Below are positions 56,405 to 64,000 of a stretch of 64,000 bases of DNA, one piece after another. The stretch covers positions 4,608,001-4,672,000 of the forward strand of contig JBKAGP010000001.1 of the NCBI GenBank assembly GCA_046290465.1, read 5' to 3'. Each line of letters opens with the position of its first letter. Position 1 is the first letter of the stretch. The notes under the pieces are model-generated. The model was not told the DNA's origin. It saw nothing but the letters and a program-made list of their open reading frames with translations, and did not search any database. The position numbers and the translations under genes are program-made. Source of the DNA: Planctomycetota bacterium. Its GTDB lineage: Bacteria; Planctomycetota; UBA1135; UBA2386.

Positions 56405-57361
56405 GTGACTGACGACAAGGCCGACAACATCCCCGAACCGACCGACGACGTCGTGACGACCGAGCAGCAGGCGCAGCCCGAGGCCGGCGCCGAGGCGCAG
56501 CAGGGCGAGGAGAACCAGCTCAGCGGCCTGATGGCGGACCCGGCGTCGCCGGCGCCCGCCGCACCGAAGAAGCCGGCGGTCGACCTCGAGAAGCAGGCGC
56601 TGAAGGCGGCCGAGCAGGCGTTGGCGCAGGGCGAGCAGGCGCTCGCCGAGGCCAACGAGCAGCTCGCACAGGAGGCGGCGCGACCACAGCCGACGGCGAA
56701 GCCGACGCAGGGCGGCAAGCGCGAGCTCGCGCTGCGGGTCCTGTTGGCCGTCAACGTGCTGGCGATGGTCGTCGTCGCGATGCTGCCGAGTCCCGCGCCG
56801 GAGCAGACCACGACGCCGCCCGAGACCCATCGTCCGGATCCGATCCAGCAGCCGACGACGTCGGCGCCGACGATGAACGAGCCGTGGAACCAGGCGCTGC
56901 GCGCGTCCGAACGGCGCGACTTCGCCTCGGCGGTTTCGATCCTCGAGGCCTACCTGGAGGACAAGCCGCGCATGGCGCCGAGCGAACGGCTCAGCGTGCT
57001 GTCGGCGCTGTCGTTCTACGCGTCGCGCAACAAGGACTTCAAGAAGTCGCGCCTCTACTCGCAGCAGGCGCAGGCGCTCGAACAGAGCCACTCGCTGCCC
57101 GACGACCTCGTCAAGGAGGCGGCAGCGGCGCTCGAGAGCGGCGACCAGGAGTCGCTGCGGCGCGTCTGGGCGCGCTTCCTGCTGCAGCAGCGACAGATCC
57201 CGAGCTGGCTCTACCAGCACGTCGCGCAGGCCTACCTGCAGCTCGGCGACAGCTACCGCAAGGATGCCGACGCTGCCGAACGCAAGGCGCGCGAGCAGCA
57301 GCTCGAGGAAGCGGCCGCGCGGCTGCGCGCCGAGGCCGTCAACCGCAAGGGGGGCAAGTGA
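56405..57361 (+). CDS. Hypothetical single-TM protein with TPR-like helices
   Basis: Acidic N-terminus, TM LRVLLAVNVLAMVVVAML, AQAYLQLGDSY. Confidence 0.7.
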   Translation: MTDDKADNIPEPTDDVVTTEQQAQPEAGAEAQQGEENQLSGLMADPASPAPAAPKKPAVDLEKQALKAAEQALAQGEQALAEANEQLAQEAARPQPTAKPTQGGKRELALRVLLAVNVLAMVVVAMLPSPAPEQTTTPPETHRPDPIQQPTTSAPTMNEPWNQALRASERRDFASAVSILEAYLEDKPRMAPSERLSVLSALSFYASRNKDFKKSRLYSQQAQALEQSHSLPDDLVKEAAAALESGDQESLRRVWARFLLQQRQIPSWLYQHVAQAYLQLGDSYRKDADAAERKAREQQLEEAAARLRAEAVNRKGGK

Positions 57362-59004
57362 TCGCCTCGCTGTTGGCCGTGCTCGCGCTGGTGCCACAGG
57401 CGCAGGAGCCCGACGTCTTCGTCGCCAAGCAGGTGGCGGCGACCGAGGCGCGTGCCGAGCACACGGTCGTCTCCGCCGACAAGCGGCAGATCCACTGCCT
57501 CGCGGCGCTGCGCGAGCTGGCCAGGACGATGAACTGGAACCTGGTCGTCGAGAGCACGCCGCTCGAGAACGACCTGCGGTTCGCGTCGATCGACCTCAAC
57601 CTCGCCGACCAGGACCCGCGCATGGTCGCGCAGCTGATCGCCGTCGCCGGCGGCGCCGACAGCATCTTCGACGAGCCCGCGGGCTTCGAGGGCGCGCGCG
57701 TCACGCTGCACGTCGTGCGGGTGCCGTCGGGCGAGACCGAGTCCGGCCGCCAGCGTCTGCGCGCGCTGGCCGGGCAGTGGTACCGTTCGTTCTTGCGCGA
57801 CGAACTGCAGTACGAACCGGTCGTGCAGCAGGAGGGCGTCGCGGTGCGCATGCACCTCGGCCAGCTGCTGGTCGACAGCGGCGACCTCGAGTCGGCGATC
57901 GGGTTCTTCAGCGACGTCTACGAGCGACGCCCGCACGACCACGTCGCGTCGGCGATCCTCAAGGTCGCCGAATGCCACCTCGATCTCGCCGCCGGCCACA
58001 TCGATCGCGACAGTAAGCTGCGTGAGTTCGAGGCGGCGGAGAAGTGGGTGCGTCGCGTGTTCGAGGGCGTGCCGAGCGCGCCCGAGGTGACGCCGGCGAC
58101 GATCCTGCTCGGCCGTGCGATGCTCGGCCAGGCGCGCAACCAGGAGACCCGCCAGCAGACCCGCTCCCGCGCTCGCGACACCCAGGACGAACTGCGCGCG
58201 CGCATCATCCGGCTGCTCGATTCGGTCGAGCTGCTCGAGGTCTGGCTGCTCGCCGGCGAGGCGCAGTTCTTGATGGGGCGGCCCGAGCGCACCTACCAGA
58301 CCATGCTGACGCTGCGTGAGTCGCCCTACTTCGAGGACCTCGGCCCCGAGCAGTTCCTCGACTACCACTTCCTGCTCGGCTACGGCGCGCTCGGCGCCGG
58401 CAAGAACGAGCTGGCGATGCGCGCGTTCGAGTGGTTCCTGATCCACGCCGAGGACGACCAGCGGCGCGGCCAGGCCTACGTGATGCTGGCCGAGTCCTAC
58501 CTGGCGCAGAACCGCTACGTCGAGGGGCGCGCGGCCAGCATCGAGGCGCGCAAGCGCCACCTCGCGCGGATGTCGCCGAGCTGGCGCGAACGCACGCTCA
58601 AGGTCTGGGCGCGCACGGCGCTGGCGATCGGCGAGAAGGAGAAGGCGTTCCTCGAACTCGAGCAGATGGTGCTGCGCGGCGAGGAGCCCGAGCTGACGCT
58701 GTTCCTGGTCGACGAACTGCTCGCCGACCACCAGTGGCAGCGCGCCATGTCGGTCGCGCGCCGGCTGATGGAGCGCGACGACTCGATCGGCGACCGCGCC
58801 CGCTACAAGACCATCGTGGCGCTCTACGAGCAGGCGGTCGCCGGCAAGCACCTCGACGACTTCCCGGCGCAGGCGGTCGCGATCGCGCCCAAGGTGAAGG
58901 ACGCCGAGCTGCGCGCCAAGGTCGCGACGATGATCGGTGAGGCCTACACCCAGCTCGACATGCTGGAGCACGCCGCGGACGCGTTCCGAGGGATCCTGCG
59001 ATGA
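57358..59004 (+). CDS. Exported TPR-repeat protein
   Basis: GTGA overlap; signal peptide ending PQAQ; several TPR-like repeats. Confidence 0.75.
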   Translation: MIASLLAVLALVPQAQEPDVFVAKQVAATEARAEHTVVSADKRQIHCLAALRELARTMNWNLVVESTPLENDLRFASIDLNLADQDPRMVAQLIAVAGGADSIFDEPAGFEGARVTLHVVRVPSGETESGRQRLRALAGQWYRSFLRDELQYEPVVQQEGVAVRMHLGQLLVDSGDLESAIGFFSDVYERRPHDHVASAILKVAECHLDLAAGHIDRDSKLREFEAAEKWVRRVFEGVPSAPEVTPATILLGRAMLGQARNQETRQQTRSRARDTQDELRARIIRLLDSVELLEVWLLAGEAQFLMGRPERTYQTMLTLRESPYFEDLGPEQFLDYHFLLGYGALGAGKNELAMRAFEWFLIHAEDDQRRGQAYVMLAESYLAQNRYVEGRAASIEARKRHLARMSPSWRERTLKVWARTALAIGEKEKAFLELEQMVLRGEEPELTLFLVDELLADHQWQRAMSVARRLMERDDSIGDRARYKTIVALYEQAVAGKHLDDFPAQAVAIAPKVKDAELRAKVATMIGEAYTQLDMLEHAADAFRGILR

Positions 59005-60077
59005 AGCCGCTCGCCTGGATCGCGCTGTCGCTCGCGACCGCGCTCGCGGCGCAGGAGCCGCTGAACCCCGACCAGGTCGCGGAGCAGCGCCGGCTGGCGC
59101 AGCGCGCGCTCGAGCACAACGAATCGCAGGTAGAACGGCTGATCGACATGCGGCTGCGGCACGACCTCGGCCTGCTGCCCTCGCTCGACGACGACGTCGT
59201 GCGCGTGCAGCGGTCGACGTCGTCGCGCGACATGGACCGGATGCGCAGCGAGCTGCAGGACATCCAGGCGCGCAACACCGTGCTGGCCGGTGAATACGAC
59301 AAGGTCCGGCGCATGGTCGCCGACCTCAACCGCAAGGCCCGCGAGTCGGCTGCAGAGCCCGACCCGGGCCAGTTCGTGCCGGTGCCGTCGCCGGGAGCGC
59401 GGGTGTCGTCCAACGGCGCCAACGCGCGGCGGAACCCGTCGCGCCCGAACCAGTCGCGCCTGAACCAGGGCAGCCGGATGCCGGCCGCGCCGGCGGGTGA
59501 GTCGCAGGCCAGCAAGGTCGAGCCGTCGGACCTCGGCTCGCTCGCGCTGGATCCGCTGCGGGCCCAGATCCACGGTTCGAAGGACCACCAGCGCGTCGCG
59601 CAGTCGCTGTTCAAGGCCGGTCAGGCGCTGATGGACCGCGCCGTGTCGCTGCGCGCGCAGGGCCGTGTCGAAGCGGCCCGCGAACTCGACGACCGCGGCC
59701 GCGAGCGGCTGCTGCGCGCCGTCGACGAACTGCAGCCGCTGCTGCAGGAGAAGCAGCCGCCGTTCGTGTCGCTGTTCTACCTCGGTCGCTGCCGCGAACT
59801 GCTGTTCCGCTACAGCCAGCGCCACGAGGGGCTGTCGCTGGAGGCGTCGCGCCGCGCGTTCAACCAGCGTGCCCAGGAGGTGCGCGACCCGTTCTTGCAG
59901 ATCAGCGCCCGCGACGTGTCGAAGGGCGGCGAGTCCGGAGACGTCGAGACGCTCGGCCCGTGGGGGCAGGCGGCGAAGACCGCGATGGAGCACTTCCGTT
60001 GGATGAACATCAACTCGCGCTACGACGCGACGGCGAAGATCGAGGCCTTGACGTGGCCGGGTGCGGACCAGCGGTGA
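59001..60077 (+). CDS. Exported hypothetical coiled-coil/TPR-like protein
   Basis: Signal peptide ending ALAAQ; ATGA overlap. Confidence 0.7.
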   Translation: MKPLAWIALSLATALAAQEPLNPDQVAEQRRLAQRALEHNESQVERLIDMRLRHDLGLLPSLDDDVVRVQRSTSSRDMDRMRSELQDIQARNTVLAGEYDKVRRMVADLNRKARESAAEPDPGQFVPVPSPGARVSSNGANARRNPSRPNQSRLNQGSRMPAAPAGESQASKVEPSDLGSLALDPLRAQIHGSKDHQRVAQSLFKAGQALMDRAVSLRAQGRVEAARELDDRGRERLLRAVDELQPLLQEKQPPFVSLFYLGRCRELLFRYSQRHEGLSLEASRRAFNQRAQEVRDPFLQISARDVSKGGESGDVETLGPWGQAAKTAMEHFRWMNINSRYDATAKIEALTWPGADQR

Positions 60078-61152
60078 GTGGCGAACGGCAAATCCTCGAG
60101 GACGGCTTCGAACGCTTCGTCCAGGCCGCGCAGGAGCTCGAGGCCAGCTACGCGTCGCTCAAGCAGCGCGCCGCGGCGGTCGACGTCGAGCTGCAGCAGA
60201 CCAACCGCGCGTTGGCGCAGTCGCTGGCCGAGCGCGAGGCGATGTTCTCGGCGCTGCCGGTCGGCGTCGCGTCGCTGCGCGAGGATGGCACGATCGGCAC
60301 GAGCAACGTCGAGGCCGACCGCCTGATCGCCGCGGGTGCCGCCGCGGGCGAGGACCTGCTGCGCCGCGACGAGGGCACGGTCGTGTTCGGCGATCACGTC
60401 GTGCGCGTGCGCCGGGTGGCGTTGCCGGTCGGCCAACTGGTGATGCTCGAGGACCGTTCGCGGCTCGAGTCGCTGGAGCGCGAGGTGCGCCGGCTGGATC
60501 GGCTGGCCGGGCTGTCCGAGCTGGCGCTCGGCGTCGCGCACGAGATCAAGAACCCGCTCAACGGCGTGATGGGGTTCGCCAACCTGCTGGAGCGGAGCGA
60601 CGACCGGGCCACGATGCACCGCTATGCCGGCAAGATCGTCGCCGGCGTGCGCGCCGTCGACGAGATCGTCAAGGCGCTGCTCGGCTTCGCGCGACCCAAG
60701 GACAAGCCGGCGGTGTGCGAGCCGCTGTCGCGGATCGTCGAGCGGATCACCGCCGCGGCCAACCTGCCGCGTTCGCGCTGGCAGCTGCGCGGTGGCGTCG
60801 ACGCGATGGTCGACGCCGACGCGCTCGGCCGGGTGCTGTCCAACCTGGTGCGCAATGCGGTCGAGGCCGACGCCGACGCGACCGTGCGGATGACCGCCAC
60901 CGTCGCCCACGGCGAACTCGAGCTGTTGGTCGAGGACGACGGCCCCGGCGTCTCGCGCGAGGTCGCGCAGACCGTGTTCGAGCCGTTCGTGTCGACCAAG
61001 CAGCGCGGCACCGGCCTCGGCCTGGCGCTGAGCGCGCGCGTGCTGTCGTTCCTCGGCGGGCACCTCGAGCTGCTCAACCCCGGCCAGCCGGGCGCCCGCT
61101 TCCGGGTGCGTGTGCCGGTCGTGGCCGCTGCCCGCGCCGCGGAGGTGTGCGC

Positions 61153-61156
<4 letters not shown>
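60074..61156 (+). CDS. FleS/FlrB-like cytoplasmic histidine kinase
   Basis: N-terminal FERFVQAAQELEASYASLK helix, degenerate PAS, RLAGLSELALGVAHEIKNPL, FEPFVSTK..GTGLGL. Confidence 0.85.
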
Positions 61157-62518
<1,362 letters not shown>

Positions 62519-62538
<20 letters not shown>

Positions 62539-63490
62539 ACCCCGCAGGACGCCGCGCCCGACCGGCGTGCTCTCGGGCAAGCGCACCGGCTCCCGACGCA
62601 CGCTCTCGATCGCGCTCGCCGCGGTCAATCGCTGGCTCGATCGCATGCCGTTCACGCACTGGCTGCACCGGCGGATCCGCAACAGCCTGCAGATGCCGGA
62701 TCTGACGCTGCCGCTGCGCGCCGAGGACGAGGCGCTCAGCGGGCTGCGGATCGCGTTCGTGTCGGACGTGCACGCGGGCAGCTTCCTCGACGAGAAGGAC
62801 CTCGCCGACATCTTCCGCCGGGTGCAGGAGCAGCAGCCCGACCTGGTGCTGTTCGGCGGCGACATGATCAACACGCGCGACCGCGAGATCCTGCTGTTCC
62901 GCGAGGGCCTGTCGCTGCTGCAACCTCGCTACGGCATGTTCGCGGTGCCGGGCAACCACGACCACTTCTTCGGTGACGACATCTCGCTGTGGCGGGCGTT
63001 CCTCGAGGAGCACGGCGTCACGGTGCTCGACAACCGCGGCGTGCGGATCCAGCACGGCGAACGGTCGGTCTGGCTGTGCGGCGTCGACGATCTGACCGAG
63101 GCCGAACCCGACCTGCAGGCGGCGCTCGACGGCCGCCACGACGGCGAGGCGACGATCCTGTTGAGCCACCATCCCGACTTCTTCTACGAGGCTGCGGCGG
63201 CCGGTATCGACATGCAGCTGTCCGGTCACACGCATGGTGGCCAGATCCGCGTCGGCGGCAAGGCGCCGCTGCACCACAGCCGGTTCGGCTACGAGCAGGG
63301 CTGGTTCGTCGACGGCGACAGCCGCCTCTACGTCGGCCGCGGCGTCGGCGTCACGGTGCTGCCGATCCGCATCGACGCGCCGCCGGAGATCCCGATGATC
63401 ACGCTGCGTTGTCCGGTCGAGCGCGGCACGTCGACGTCGCTGGTCGGCGAGCAGGCTCGCGAACGCGACGAGGCGCTGGTCACGCCGTAG
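62519..63490 (+). CDS. Calcineurin-like metallophosphoesterase (YkuE-like)
   Basis: SDVH, GGD, GNHDH, LSHHPD, SGHTHGGQ. Confidence 0.9.
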
Positions 63491-63546
63491 CCGGCGGCCC
63501 TGCCGCTGGGAACCGGCAACGGGCAGCGCTATCGTGTTCGCCCGAT

Positions 63547-64000
63547 ATGCAGTCCCGCACGCACGTCCTGCAGAAGCTCCGCGACCTGGGGGGCGGCTCG
63601 TTCGCCGTCGAAGTCGACGGTCCCATTCCGGAGACCGGGCCCGGCCAGTTCTACATGCTGCGGACCGAGAAGCGCTGGCCGGTGCAGTTGCCGCGCCCGC
63701 TGTCGATCTACGACCGCGCCGCCGACGGCTCGTGGGGCAGCTTCCTGGTCAAGCCGGTGGGCGAGGGCACGCGCGCGCTCTGTGACCTGGACCCCGGCGA
63801 GAAGGTCGTGCTGACCGGGCCGCTGGGGCGCACGTTCCCCGAGGACGTCGAGGACCCGATCTGCATCGCCGGTGGCGTCGGCCTGGCGCCGTTCCTGCTG
63901 CTGGCGCGCCAGCAGCACGCCCAGGGCAAGCGGATGCGGCTGCTGTTCGGCGGTCGCAACCGCGACGCGCTGTCGGGCATCGACGACTTCACCGCGATCG
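63547..64000 (+). CDS. pyrK: Dihydroorotate dehydrogenase electron transfer subunit (partial)
   Basis: Manual translation: PGQFYML, LPRPLSI, VGEGT, GPLGR.F, IAGGVGLAPF; runs off the window end. Confidence 0.8.
   Translation, partial: MQSRTHVLQKLRDLGGGSFAVEVDGPIPETGPGQFYMLRTEKRWPVQLPRPLSIYDRAADGSWGSFLVKPVGEGTRALCDLDPGEKVVLTGPLGRTFPEDVEDPICIAGGVGLAPFLLLARQQHAQGKRMRLLFGGRNRDALSGIDDFTAI

Overview
High-GC bacterial chromosomal DNA, probably an uncultured Planctomycetota lineage (inferred from protein types such as PEP-CTERM and the exported protein at 6759; not proven). Three blocks are visible. (1) 1-18053: flagellar/chemotaxis genes (partial fliO, CheC-like/pseudo-receiver fusion, cheX, cheY, fliA preceded by a sigma-28 promoter and a c-di-GMP-I riboswitch) mixed with housekeeping genes (apt, ispH, nadE, asmA-like, birA), a degenerate Fic protein, a pseudopilin and a GT2-TPR glycosyltransferase. 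(2) about 18.1-46.1 kb: a ~28 kb block of general-stress-type genes (CsbD, DUF1328, DUF883, PA2169, hemerythrin, SodC, MscS-BON, YihY, PRC-barrel, PhoD) around a heme oxygenase-bacteriophytochrome pair, two more kinases, a ChpT-like protein, an ANTAR regulator and a sigma-54 enhancer-binding protein. About 11 sigma-54 (-24/-12) motifs precede genes in this block. (3) 46.1-64 kb: fliT-like/fliS/fliD/flaG, four tandem 275-aa flagellins plus a decayed flagellin relic, then a divergent operon with two sigma-54 activators, FleS/FleR-like genes and unknown TPR/envelope proteins, a metallophosphoesterase and partial pyrK. The best candidate for an undescribed system is a red-light-gated, sigma-54-driven general stress regulon. 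A c-di-GMP-gated sigma-28 loop whose regulon includes unknown genes is the second candidate. No integrase, transposase, tRNA, rRNA or CRISPR array was seen. All calls are by eye, with no database searches.
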